Assembly (NCBI GenBank): GCA_024238995.1
Contig: JANBVL010000001.1
Coordinates: 10,059-74,058, forward strand
From: Patescibacteria group bacterium
GTDB taxonomy: Bacteria; Patescibacteriota; Minisyncoccia; Minisyncoccales; JANBVM01
Direction of reading: 5' to 3'
DNA: 64,000 nt
The position numbers and the translations under genes are program-made. The notes beneath the pieces were generated by a model. That model ran no database searches. It saw nothing but the letters and a program-made list of their open reading frames with translations, and was not told the origin of the DNA. Of this stretch, positions 9,055 to 18,209 are shown piece after piece; the first letter of the stretch is position 1; each line of letters begins with the position of its first letter.

Positions 9055-9314
9055 TGAGCGAATTTAAAAAAAGAATCTATAATATTGTTAGTAAAATCCC
9101 AAAAGGCAGCGTTATGAGCTATAAAGAAGTGGCAGAAGCTGGCGGTTATCCAAAAGCATGGCGGGCAGTTGGTAGTGTTTTAAACAAAAATACAAGTTCT
9201 AAAGTGCCGTGTCACAGGGTGATTAAATCAAATGGTAAAATTGGTGGATTTGCTGGTGGAACAGAGAAGAAAATCGCTCTACTTAAAAAAGAAGGAGCAA
9301 TAAAAATAAAATGA
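9054..9314 (+). CDS. MGMT-family protein (methylated-DNA-protein-cysteine methyltransferase DNA-binding/active-site domain only)
   Basis: 86 aa with the active-site motif VPCHRVIKSNGKIGGFAGG. Ends at TGA (9312-9314). Confidence 0.8.
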   Translation: MSEFKKRIYNIVSKIPKGSVMSYKEVAEAGGYPKAWRAVGSVLNKNTSSKVPCHRVIKSNGKIGGFAGGTEKKIALLKKEGAIKIK

Positions 9315-9910
9315 ATAATTATATAAATAAAGCCATTGTTGGATTCTTTATTGGACTGATTATTTTCTTGATGATCATTGTTCTAGTTGGAAACGAAAGT
9401 TTGTTTTTATTCATTAACCAAACTTTAGGCAATCAATATCTAGATTTTGTTGTTTTATACATTTTTATTCCTTTATTCATTTCAATGGGAGTAATCCCTG
9501 GAATGCTTTTTGTTTTTAAAAAAGATGTATCAGGGTTTTTTACTTTGCTGTCAGGAGGACTTTGTTATCTTGCTGGTAATTTAGTTAAGTTGATTTTTAA
9601 AATGCCAAGACCATATACAGTGCTTCCTGATGTTAGAATTATTGGTCCTTGGCATATGAGCCAGTATTCTTTTCCTTCTACTACCACGATGCTTGCTTTT
9701 GGCCTGGCATTTGCTTTTTTTCTTGAAAAAAGGAATAAACTCAGCTATGTTTTTTTAGGCTTGGCAGGTTTGGTTGGATTTACAGTAATATATACTGGAT
9801 TTCATTTTCCTTATGATGTTCTTTTTGGAATATTACTTTCTTTGCTGTTTGTTTATTTATTAAAGAAAATTAAAGACAAATTATTCAATGAAAAAAGATT
9901 ACATAGTTAA
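9311..9910 (+). CDS. PAP2-family membrane phosphatase
   Basis: PAP2 motifs KMPRPY, SFPSTTT and HFPYDV. Multiple TM segments. Confidence 0.75.
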   Translation: MNNYINKAIVGFFIGLIIFLMIIVLVGNESLFLFINQTLGNQYLDFVVLYIFIPLFISMGVIPGMLFVFKKDVSGFFTLLSGGLCYLAGNLVKLIFKMPRPYTVLPDVRIIGPWHMSQYSFPSTTTMLAFGLAFAFFLEKRNKLSYVFLGLAGLVGFTVIYTGFHFPYDVLFGILLSLLFVYLLKKIKDKLFNEKRLHS

Positions 9911-10709
9911 TTCAAGGGGGGAGAGAGAACTTTTTTCTTTTGACAAAGTTTATCGTTCTTCAAAAAGAGCAGGCGCTTCAGATTCTTTGGCAAAAAAAAT
10001 AGCTTCTAAGGTTGAAAAAAACATATATCCAGACATCAAAACTTCTAAAATATATAGCCAAGTTAAAAGGCTTTTAAAACAATCTCCAGCTTTGTCTATG
10101 AAGTTTTCTTTAAAACAGGCAATGAGGAAACTGGGACCTAGTGGTTTTGATTTTGAGAAGTACATCGCGGGAATATTTGAGAAAAATGGCTACAAGACTA
10201 AAATAAATCAAATCATACCTGGCAAATGTATTGCTGGTTATGAGATAGATTTTTTAGCTGAAAAAGATAAGTTTTTTCATATTGGTGAGTGCAAGTATCA
10301 TACATTTGCTGGAGCACGGGTTGATTTAAAAATAGCTTTGTATAATTACGCAAGGTATTTAGATATTTTCAACAATTCTAAATTCAAAAACTCTAAAACA
10401 ATAATAGTAACAAACACTAAATTTACCAGCGAGGCAATCAGTTATTGTGAGTGTTATGGTGTTGGTCTTTTGGGCTGGAGATATCCAAGGGACAAGGGGC
10501 TTGAGCATTTAATTGAAAAACACAAGCTTTATCCTGTTACAATTCTTCCTTCGTTTAAAGCTCATTACAAGAATATTTTTGCTGAGAATAGAATGATGAT
10601 GGCTTTAGATTTGTTAAAATTTTCTCCAAGCCAGATTGTTAAAAAACTAGGGCTTTCCTCAAATGAGATTAAAAGACTGGTTCAGGAGGCAAGTGTTCTG
10701 TTAGAATAG
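9888..10709 (+). CDS. ATP-cone domain fused to restriction-endonuclease-like (Mrr-type) fold
   Basis: N-terminus RGERELFSFDKVYRSSKRAG...IYSQVKRLL is ATP-cone-like. Middle GYEIDFLAEKDKFFHIGECKYH is a PD-(D/E)XK-like D...E.K core. Confidence 0.6.
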   Translation: MKKDYIVNSRGERELFSFDKVYRSSKRAGASDSLAKKIASKVEKNIYPDIKTSKIYSQVKRLLKQSPALSMKFSLKQAMRKLGPSGFDFEKYIAGIFEKNGYKTKINQIIPGKCIAGYEIDFLAEKDKFFHIGECKYHTFAGARVDLKIALYNYARYLDIFNNSKFKNSKTIIVTNTKFTSEAISYCECYGVGLLGWRYPRDKGLEHLIEKHKLYPVTILPSFKAHYKNIFAENRMMMALDLLKFSPSQIVKKLGLSSNEIKRLVQEASVLLE

Positions 10710-10713
10710 TTTT

Positions 10714-11691
10714 ATGAAGCTTGTTTTTAAAATTGAAAAGCTGTATTGGACAAAACACGTTAAAGGTAAAATGCGTTTTTACGGATTATCTGAAAGTAGG
10801 TTAAAAAGAGTGCTGCGAAAACCAGACAGAAAAGAGCTTGGCATTACGCCAAGAACTGTAGCAGTAATGCAGAAGGCTGGGACCAAAAAACGGCCAACAG
10901 AAATTTGGTTAATGTATCAAAAGCATAAAAGCATAACAAAGATAATTACTGCCTGGCGTTATCCTGGCATTAGTCCTAAAAGACAGCCTCCGCCAATACC
11001 AGAGAATATCTTATGGGAATTAAAACACGATAATTTTAAAGTAGAGATTCCTGAAGAATACGTTAAAGGAAAAGTAAAGTTTTTAAATTGTGAGATTGAT
11101 TTGTCAAAACGTGTGTTTATTCCAAGAATTGAAACAGAGTTCTGGGTTAAAAAGGCAATCAAAGAAATTAAAAAAACAAGGAATTTAGAAGTTCTAGACA
11201 TGTTCGCTGGTTCTGGATGTATAGGAATATCAATTTTGAAGAATATTAAAAAGAGTAAAGTTGATTTTTCTGATATTGACAATCGGGCAGTAGAACAAAT
11301 TAAGATTAATTTGAAATTGAATAAAATTCCAAAAAAAAGATACGAAATATATCAGTCAGATTTATTTGAGAACTTAAAAAACAAAACATACCACTATATT
11401 TTTGCCAACCCTCCTTATGGAGCTGAGAACAGAATAAGTGAAGTAGGGCAGTCAGTTTTAAAATATGAGCCTCATAAAGCTGTTTTTTCAGGCAAACATG
11501 GTTTGATTCATATTAAAAAGTTTTTAAAACTTGCTAAAAAGTTTTTGAAAGAAAAAGGAATTATTTATCTTGAATTTGATCCAGAACAGAAAAGCGATAT
11601 TGAAAAGATTTTAAAAAAAGAAAAGTATTCTAGCTTTAAATTCACGAGAGATCAGTTTAAAAAATACCGTTTTGCAAGAGTTATCAAATAA
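10714..11691 (+). CDS. prmC: release-factor glutamine N5-methyltransferase (PrmC/HemK) with atypical N-terminal domain
   Basis: FIPRIETEFWV, LDMFAGSGCIG (SAM-binding) and FANPPYG (NPPY). The first ~105 aa look DUF4258-like (WTKHVKGKMRFYGLSESRLKRVLRKPD). Confidence 0.75.
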   Translation: MKLVFKIEKLYWTKHVKGKMRFYGLSESRLKRVLRKPDRKELGITPRTVAVMQKAGTKKRPTEIWLMYQKHKSITKIITAWRYPGISPKRQPPPIPENILWELKHDNFKVEIPEEYVKGKVKFLNCEIDLSKRVFIPRIETEFWVKKAIKEIKKTRNLEVLDMFAGSGCIGISILKNIKKSKVDFSDIDNRAVEQIKINLKLNKIPKKRYEIYQSDLFENLKNKTYHYIFANPPYGAENRISEVGQSVLKYEPHKAVFSGKHGLIHIKKFLKLAKKFLKEKGIIYLEFDPEQKSDIEKILKKEKYSSFKFTRDQFKKYRFARVIK

Positions 11692-11729
11692 CAGTAAAAT
11701 ATATTAATAGTTAAAAAATCAATAGCAGT

Positions 11730-12062
11730 ATGGATATTAGTAAAATTATAGGGTGGCTGGTTTTTTCAGCTGGCATGTTAATAATAGTATTCACAGTTTA
11801 TACAACTTACAATATTTTCACAGGGAAAGACCTGCCTCCTCAGATTATTAAGCTGGATATTGGCCAGCCTAAAACATCAACTGAAACTGATTTTGGCACT
11901 GATCAAATTGGTCAGATAATATCAGAACAGTTATCAGGACTTTTACCCTTAGATAGCTTGCCCTATATATTGAATCTAGTTGCCTGGACAATAGGAGCAG
12001 GTATTTTTATTCTAGGTGGTTTTAAGATTTCTGAATTAGGAATTAAATTGATTAACAAATGA
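11730..12062 (+). CDS. hypothetical membrane protein
   Basis: 110 aa with two hydrophobic helices. Ends at TGA, which overlaps the next ATG. Confidence 0.5.
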   Translation: MDISKIIGWLVFSAGMLIIVFTVYTTYNIFTGKDLPPQIIKLDIGQPKTSTETDFGTDQIGQIISEQLSGLLPLDSLPYILNLVAWTIGAGIFILGGFKISELGIKLINK

Positions 12063-12454
12063 TCGCTATTATAAGGCAAAATATTGTTTGGGAATATATC
12101 AGGTGGCACTATTTTCATGCTTCAAAAACTATTTTAAAGAATTGGACCAATTACCTTAAGTTTGGATTGGATTATTTTTCTGTTGGCTTGCTTTTGAAAA
12201 CACTTTTTTCTCCTTGGAGAAATTACAGATGGTTTTATCCAAAAGGCTTTGATTTTGGAAAATACTTTGAAGTTGCTTTTTCAAACTTAATTTCCAGGGT
12301 TCTTGGTTTTATTCCAAGAGTGATTTTAATAATTATCGGTGTTTTATTTGAAGTATTAGTTGTTTTTTTTGGTGTTTTGTTTTTTATAACCTGGTTAATA
12401 TTACCTGTAATTTTAATCTTTGGGATTTATCATGGGATCAGACTTTCAATTTAA
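12059..12454 (+). CDS. hypothetical membrane protein
   Basis: 131 aa with a strongly hydrophobic C-terminal half (ILIIIGVLFEVLVVFFGVLFFITWLILPVILIFGIY). Confidence 0.5.
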   Translation: MIAIIRQNIVWEYIRWHYFHASKTILKNWTNYLKFGLDYFSVGLLLKTLFSPWRNYRWFYPKGFDFGKYFEVAFSNLISRVLGFIPRVILIIIGVLFEVLVVFFGVLFFITWLILPVILIFGIYHGIRLSI

Positions 12455-14972
12455 TTTAAAAAAGACAGAGATATATAGGGCAGTGGTTTTAGAGAGAAAC
12501 ATGTTTTTTAAATTTAGGAATATTTTTAGAAAACTGTTTTTAGTTTTGTTTTTTATTTTCCTGGGCTTGCTTATTTACCTCTCTTTTACCAGCAGAAGGC
12601 TTCTTGGTTTTTCAATTTTGTTTTTTGTTTTATATATTAGTGCTGTTATAAAAAGTCATTTCTTAGATTTTTTTAAAAAACCAAAACAACTTGTTCCTAT
12701 TGAACAAGCTTTATCAAACCTTAAAGAATATAATTTAGCAGAGTTTTTAGGATTTGAAACAGCTAAGGCAGTTTCAAGTGCAATTAAGCTTTGCCGTTCT
12801 AAGGGGCTTTCTAAAACAACTTCATCAGCCTTACTTTATTTTTTAATAAAAAATAATCCTAAGTTGAATTTTGTTTTTTCTCGGGCACTTTTAAATATTA
12901 AGGATATTGAAAAAAAGCTGCTTGATACAGTTGAAAAAAGCGAGAAAGGTGAATTTAAGCCAGCTTATTGCGAACTTTTTAAACATTCAATGTTAGAAGC
13001 TTTAGAAAATGCTAAGAATAAAAATCATTCTAGGATTAGGCTTTTTGATATATTAGCTCCTTTGTCAAAACATAATTCAGTTTTTAAACAAGTCTTAATT
13101 GATACTAATTTAAAATCAGAAGATATTTCTAACTTATCTAATTGGTTAGAAAGAGTGGAAAATGAACTAGCTGAAAGGAAAAAGTTTTTTGAATGGAAAA
13201 ACTTAATAAGGTCTGGTTCTTTAGGCAAAGAATGGTCAACTGGTTATACTGTTAATTTAGATAGATTCTCTGCTGATTTATCAGAAAGGGCTAAGGCAGG
13301 AGTTTTTTCTCAGATAATTGGCCATGAGAAGGAAATTAAAGCAGTAGAAAGAACTTTAGCTAAAGAAAAGGAAAATAATGTTTTGCTTGTTGGAGAACAA
13401 GGAAGCGGAAGAAGAATTATAATTGAAGACTTGGCTAAAAAGAGTTTTCTCGGAGAAAGCATAAAAGAACTGAATTATAAAAGAATAATAGAGCTTGATT
13501 TATCATTACTGCTTACTCAAGTCACTAATTCCCAGCAAGCCGGAGAGGTTTTAAACTTAATATTTGATGAAGCTGTTTCAGCTGGCAATGTGATTTTAGT
13601 TATTAATGATTTCCACAACTTTGTTGGTGGAGTTCAAAGACCTGGAGCCTTAGATATTACAAGCATAATAAGTCCTTATTTAAATCTGCCTCAGTTTAGA
13701 ATAATAGCTGTCACTAGTTTTAAGGGGCTTCATAAATATATTGAACAAAATCCTTCAATCTTGACCTTTTTCGGAAAAGTTGAGGTAAGGGAAATCTCTC
13801 AGGAACAGTCTTTAACAGTTCTGGAGAATTTAGTTTTTCAAAAAGAAGTAAAATACAAACAATTTATTTCCTATCCAGCCCTAAGAGATATTATTAAGTT
13901 TAGTGAAAAATATTTAGCAGAATCTCCATTCCCAGAAAAAGCGATTGACCTATTAGATGATGTTGTTTCTTATGTGTCCCAGATAAAAGAAAAGATAGTT
14001 TTACCAAAACACGTTGCAGCAATTGTGTCTGAGAAGACTGAAATTCCAGTAGGAGAAATTGAAACAAAAGAAAGGGAAAAACTGCTTAATTTGGAAGCTT
14101 TGATACATAAACGAATAATTAACCAGGAAACAGCTGTTAAAGAGGTTGCAGAAGCTCTCAGGCGCGCTAGGACTGATATTTCTATACGCAAAGGGCCAAT
14201 GGGTGCATTTTTGTTTTTAGGGCCAACGGGAGTAGGTAAAACCGAAACAGCTAAATCTTTAACTAAAATTTATTTTGGCAAAGAGCAGAAAATGATTCGA
14301 TTAGACATGTCAGAATTCCAGGAAATTTCAGACATAGAGCGCTTGATTGGTTCTATTGATAAAGAAGGTTTGCTGACTACTAAAGTAATAGAAGATCCAT
14401 TTTCTTTAGTTTTACTGGATGAAATAGAAAAAGCTCATCCAAATATTTTGAATTTGTTTTTACAGGTTATAGATGAAGGGCATCTTACTGACGGACTGGG
14501 AAGAAAGGTTAGTTTTAAAAACACAATTATCATTGCTACTTCTAATGCTGGATATTTAGTAATTCTTGACGCCTTAAGAGAGAACAAAAAAATGGAAGAA
14601 ATCAGAGAAGACCTTATAAATTATCTGTTTAAAGAAAAGATATTCAGGCCAGAATTCATTAATCGTTTTGATGCCGTTGTTTTGTTTAAAGTATTAACCA
14701 AAGAAAATCTTTTAGCTATTTCAGGACTATTACTTAATAAGCTTAAAAAGAATTTAGCTAAAAAAGACATTGAATTTATTATTACTGATAGTTTAAAGAA
14801 AAAAATTGTGGAGCTAAGCTATGATCCTAAGTTTGGAGCTAGGCAGATGAATAGGGTGATTCAAGACAAGATTGGTAATGTTTTTGCCAAAGCCTTGCTT
14901 AGCAATGAAATCAAAAGAGGGGATAGAGCAGAATTAGAAGCTGAAGATTTTAAATTAAAAGTTAATCCTTAA
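12432..14972 (+). CDS. Clp/Hsp100-family AAA+ ATPase (ClpB/ClpC-like) with N-terminal TM segments and degenerate first nucleotide-binding domain
   Basis: NBD2 is intact: GPTGVGKTETAK, LVLLDEIEKAHP, PEFINRFD. NBD1 is degenerate: GEQGSGRRII and VILVINDFHNF. The N-terminus has two hydrophobic helices. Start is uncertain (TTG 12420, ATG 12432 or ATG 12501). Confidence 0.8.
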   Translation: MGSDFQFNLKKTEIYRAVVLERNMFFKFRNIFRKLFLVLFFIFLGLLIYLSFTSRRLLGFSILFFVLYISAVIKSHFLDFFKKPKQLVPIEQALSNLKEYNLAEFLGFETAKAVSSAIKLCRSKGLSKTTSSALLYFLIKNNPKLNFVFSRALLNIKDIEKKLLDTVEKSEKGEFKPAYCELFKHSMLEALENAKNKNHSRIRLFDILAPLSKHNSVFKQVLIDTNLKSEDISNLSNWLERVENELAERKKFFEWKNLIRSGSLGKEWSTGYTVNLDRFSADLSERAKAGVFSQIIGHEKEIKAVERTLAKEKENNVLLVGEQGSGRRIIIEDLAKKSFLGESIKELNYKRIIELDLSLLLTQVTNSQQAGEVLNLIFDEAVSAGNVILVINDFHNFVGGVQRPGALDITSIISPYLNLPQFRIIAVTSFKGLHKYIEQNPSILTFFGKVEVREISQEQSLTVLENLVFQKEVKYKQFISYPALRDIIKFSEKYLAESPFPEKAIDLLDDVVSYVSQIKEKIVLPKHVAAIVSEKTEIPVGEIETKEREKLLNLEALIHKRIINQETAVKEVAEALRRARTDISIRKGPMGAFLFLGPTGVGKTETAKSLTKIYFGKEQKMIRLDMSEFQEISDIERLIGSIDKEGLLTTKVIEDPFSLVLLDEIEKAHPNILNLFLQVIDEGHLTDGLGRKVSFKNTIIIATSNAGYLVILDALRENKKMEEIREDLINYLFKEKIFRPEFINRFDAVVLFKVLTKENLLAISGLLLNKLKKNLAKKDIEFIITDSLKKKIVELSYDPKFGARQMNRVIQDKIGNVFAKALLSNEIKRGDRAELEAEDFKLKVNP

Positions 14973-14986
14973 CATTGCCATAATTT

Positions 14987-16375
14987 ATGAAGTATGACGT
15001 TGTAATTATTGGAGCAGGTCCAGGGGGCCTGTTTGCTGCTTATAAACTTGCAGGAAAAGCAAGGGTTGCTATTTTTGAAATGGGAAAACCGATTGAAAAA
15101 AGAACATGTCCTAGCGATTTAACCAATACTCATTGTCCCAAATGTTCACCCTGTAATATAACTTCTGGTATTGGAGGGGCAGGCGGTTTGTCTGACGGAA
15201 AGCTGAATTTTGTAAACCCTAAGTATTCTTCAAGCTACACGGTTGGGGGAGATTTTAGTCTTTTTGACAAAGATTATCTAACAGGAAAAATGGAAGAAGT
15301 AGAAAATATTTTTTTAAGACATGGACCTCCTAATGAGATTTATGGCGAAGACAAAGTAAAAATTAACAAGTTGCTTGAAAAAGCCAATCGGGTTGGAATA
15401 GAGTTTGTGCCAGTAAAACAAAGGCACTTGGGAAGTGATAGGCTGCCTAAAATTATAAAAAGCATTGAGAATTATTTAAGAGAGAAAAATGTTGAGATAT
15501 TTAGTCAAGAAACAGTTTTAGACATTAATCCAAGAGAGAAAAAAATAAGAACAGCAAAAGGAAAAGAGTATCATTACAAGACCTTAATTATTGCCGTAGG
15601 AAGAGAAGGGTCAGAATTTCTTGAAAAATGGACCAAGAAATATGATTTTGAAGTCAATAACAAGGTAAAGTTTATTGATGTTGGGGTTAGGGTTGAAGTG
15701 CCAGCCTCAATAATGAAAGAAATAACTTCAGTAGTCTATGGCCCAAAGCTTAGAATTGTTACCAAAAAATACGATGACTGTTTAAGAACGTTTTGTGTCT
15801 GCCCTCATGGCTGGGTGATAAGAGAAAGTTATGGGGACTTTTGTTTAGTTAATGGACATAGTAGAAACAAAGAAAAATCAAATAATACAAATTTTGCCTT
15901 ATTGGGAAACTATAGATTTACCGAACCTTTTAAAAACCCAAATGAATGGGGAAGAGATTTGGCAAGATTAACAACAAAACTTGGTGGAAATAATCCGATT
16001 GTTCAAAGGTTAAAAGATTTAAGGATGGGCAGAAGAAGCACTGAAAATAGAATTAAGAATAATAAATTAGTTCAGCCCACCTTAAAGACAGCCATTCCTG
16101 GTGATATAAGTTTGGCTTATCCTGGAAGAGTAATAGAGAATATTTTAGATGCCCTGGAGCAGCTAAATAAATTTTTACCAGGCGTGAATGAAGATTCAAC
16201 CTTGATTTATGCTCCAGAAATAAAGTTTTATTCTTTGAAACTAAAAATTGATAAAAACATGAGAACAAGCACTCCTTTTGTTTATGCAATTGGAGATGGA
16301 GCTGGAGTAAGCAGGGGAATAGTGGGAGCCGCAGTTACTGGATTAATTGCAGGAGAGAATATAATGAAAATTTAG
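14987..16375 (+). CDS. FAD-dependent oxidoreductase (COG2509-like)
   Basis: N-terminal VVIIGAGPGGLFAA dinucleotide fold and C-terminal AIGDGAGVSRGIVGAAVTG. 462 aa. Confidence 0.75.
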   Translation: MKYDVVIIGAGPGGLFAAYKLAGKARVAIFEMGKPIEKRTCPSDLTNTHCPKCSPCNITSGIGGAGGLSDGKLNFVNPKYSSSYTVGGDFSLFDKDYLTGKMEEVENIFLRHGPPNEIYGEDKVKINKLLEKANRVGIEFVPVKQRHLGSDRLPKIIKSIENYLREKNVEIFSQETVLDINPREKKIRTAKGKEYHYKTLIIAVGREGSEFLEKWTKKYDFEVNNKVKFIDVGVRVEVPASIMKEITSVVYGPKLRIVTKKYDDCLRTFCVCPHGWVIRESYGDFCLVNGHSRNKEKSNNTNFALLGNYRFTEPFKNPNEWGRDLARLTTKLGGNNPIVQRLKDLRMGRRSTENRIKNNKLVQPTLKTAIPGDISLAYPGRVIENILDALEQLNKFLPGVNEDSTLIYAPEIKFYSLKLKIDKNMRTSTPFVYAIGDGAGVSRGIVGAAVTGLIAGENIMKI

Positions 16376-16432
16376 TTGTTGTTTTACTTAATATTTAAAA
16401 CAGAGGGTTGCTATCTTGGGCTTAATTTTCTC

Positions 16433-16468
16433 ATAAAAAAATACCGATATGGAAAAAACCATATCGGG
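16433..16468 (-). terminator. rho-independent terminator of the 16483-16764 minus-strand gene
   Basis: Perfect 9-bp hairpin ccgatatgg-aaaaaa-ccatatcgg. The plus-strand A-run at 16434-16440 gives a U-tract on the minus strand. Confidence 0.65.
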
Positions 16469-16482
16469 GTGGGTGAGAGAGT

Positions 16483-16764
16483 CTAAACTCTTTCGCCTTT
16501 GAAGTTGATGAAGAATTCCTCTCCATCTTTTTTTACGCGAGCTACTCCTTTTTTATTAAAGGTACTCGCGTAATCAAATGCTTGTGGGTATGCCTTGGTT
16601 CCGTTAAGGTAGATATGGAATTGTTTATATTTACACTCTACGAGAGCCAAAACCTCTCCGCTTGGAACCTTAACGAATTCTCCTATGAATCCGTAGTTTC
16701 CGTTTTTTTTCATGATTGCTTCTCTGATTTTGTTGTGATTCAGTCTTTCTTCCATCTTTTTCAC
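16483..16764 (-). CDS. hypothetical protein
   Basis: 93-aa ORF followed by a terminator. No motif recognised with confidence. Confidence 0.5.
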   Translation of the reverse strand: MKKMEERLNHNKIREAIMKKNGNYGFIGEFVKVPSGEVLALVECKYKQFHIYLNGTKAYPQAFDYASTFNKKGVARVKKDGEEFFINFKGERV

Positions 16765-16947
16765 TTTCTGTAAACTGGTATTAGTTTACTTAGTAAACTA
16801 TAACTACAATATATCAAAATGTCAAGTTTTTTATAAAATCTAACTTTTCAACTTGCCATTTGACATCTTTTCAGGACAGGACTATTGTTATTTTAGTGAG
16901 CTAATTTATTAGCTCTTTTAAATATAAAACAAAAGGAGAATACAGAT

Positions 16948-17937
16948 TTGAAAAAAACAATACGAATTGAAAGATTTAAGAATAATCCTTTGTTGGTACC
17001 AGACCAGATTCATTGGAAAAATAAGAGTATGTTTAACTGCGGGGTTATTATTGATGATGACGGCCTATACAAAATGCTCTTTCGTGCTGCTCATACTGAA
17101 GATCAATCAATGTCTAATTGCGGATTAGCTTTAAGTATTGATGGAATAGAGTGGTATGTACTGGACAAGCCAGTACTAAAATGTGGATTTAACGACCATT
17201 GTACAAAGGGAATTGAAGATCCACGAATCGTAAAATGGATCGATGGTTGTTACTACGTTTTCGCAACAGTTTGCTCAGAAAAAGGTGGAAGAGTGGGTAT
17301 CTGGAAAACAAAAAACTTCCTTGAATTTAAATGGATTGGTATTCCATTTAACCAAGAGGATAAAGATGCTTCTATTTTTCCTGAACCAATTAAAGGTTTT
17401 GTATATCTAGTCCACAGAAAAACTCCGCACATATGGATATCTCGGACAAGAGAATTGTCATTAAAAAATGGCTGGCAGAATAGCCAAATTCTGATAAGAA
17501 AAGAAGATTGGTATCCTGACCCTAATACTGGCAATATTCCCGACAAAATTGGGATTGCTGGGCCACCAATAAAAACTCCCAAAGGTTGGCTCTTGATTAC
17601 CCATATTGTTCATCGTTGGGACAAGGAAACAACAAGATATTCTTATCTTCTTCACAGGTCGTATTCTCTTGGGTTTGCAGTGCTTGATTTAGAAAATCCT
17701 ACAAAGATTCTCTATATTCATCCAGAACCCATACTGTGGCCAGAAGAAAGATATGAAATTGTTGGTGCTATTCCTAATGTTGTTTTTAGCTGCGCTGCCG
17801 TTGATCCTGGTGAAGACTCCCTTTATATTTATTGGGGAGGAGCTGATACCGTAATCTGCGGTGGTAGGCTTATGAAAAAGGATCTTGTGATGTCAATCAA
17901 TGGACAAGAAACACCATTATTTCCAGAACACTATTGA
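16948..17937 (+). CDS. glycoside hydrolase family 130-like (beta-mannoside phosphorylase/glycosidase fold)
   Basis: FNCGVI..., GIEDPRIV, ...DASIFPE... and YWGGADT are GH130-type motifs. TTG start is preceded by the SD AAAGGAG 8 nt upstream. Confidence 0.7.
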   Translation: MKKTIRIERFKNNPLLVPDQIHWKNKSMFNCGVIIDDDGLYKMLFRAAHTEDQSMSNCGLALSIDGIEWYVLDKPVLKCGFNDHCTKGIEDPRIVKWIDGCYYVFATVCSEKGGRVGIWKTKNFLEFKWIGIPFNQEDKDASIFPEPIKGFVYLVHRKTPHIWISRTRELSLKNGWQNSQILIRKEDWYPDPNTGNIPDKIGIAGPPIKTPKGWLLITHIVHRWDKETTRYSYLLHRSYSLGFAVLDLENPTKILYIHPEPILWPEERYEIVGAIPNVVFSCAAVDPGEDSLYIYWGGADTVICGGRLMKKDLVMSINGQETPLFPEHY

Positions 17938-17959
17938 ACATATTCCTATATATAAATGT

Positions 17960-18008
17960 AGCACGTAGAATGTCATTAATTGATAGTTTATTACTACGTG
18001 CTTTTTTC
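17960..18008 (+). terminator. rho-independent terminator after the GH130 gene
   Basis: agcacgtag ... ctacgtgct (9 bp) followed by tttttt. Confidence 0.6.
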
Positions 18009-18209
18009 TTTCTAATTTTACATAAAAGCCCTAAAATATTAATTTTAATATCATACCTGTGGATTTCCTGTGGAAAATTCACTGTTTTTATATTCATTTT
18101 AACATAAATTGATTTTCGCTTGACCTGTATATATTTTTAAAGATAAAATACAATCAGGTGGGAAATTGTGGATAAGTATGTTAATAAACACCCATCTCTG
18201 TGGATAACT

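Noticed and set aside
18168-18209. Upstream GTG start for mraZ given in the ORF track.
   Set aside because: MraZ proteins begin at the conserved MFIGEY sequence. The 14 extra codons have no support and overlap the likely promoter region.
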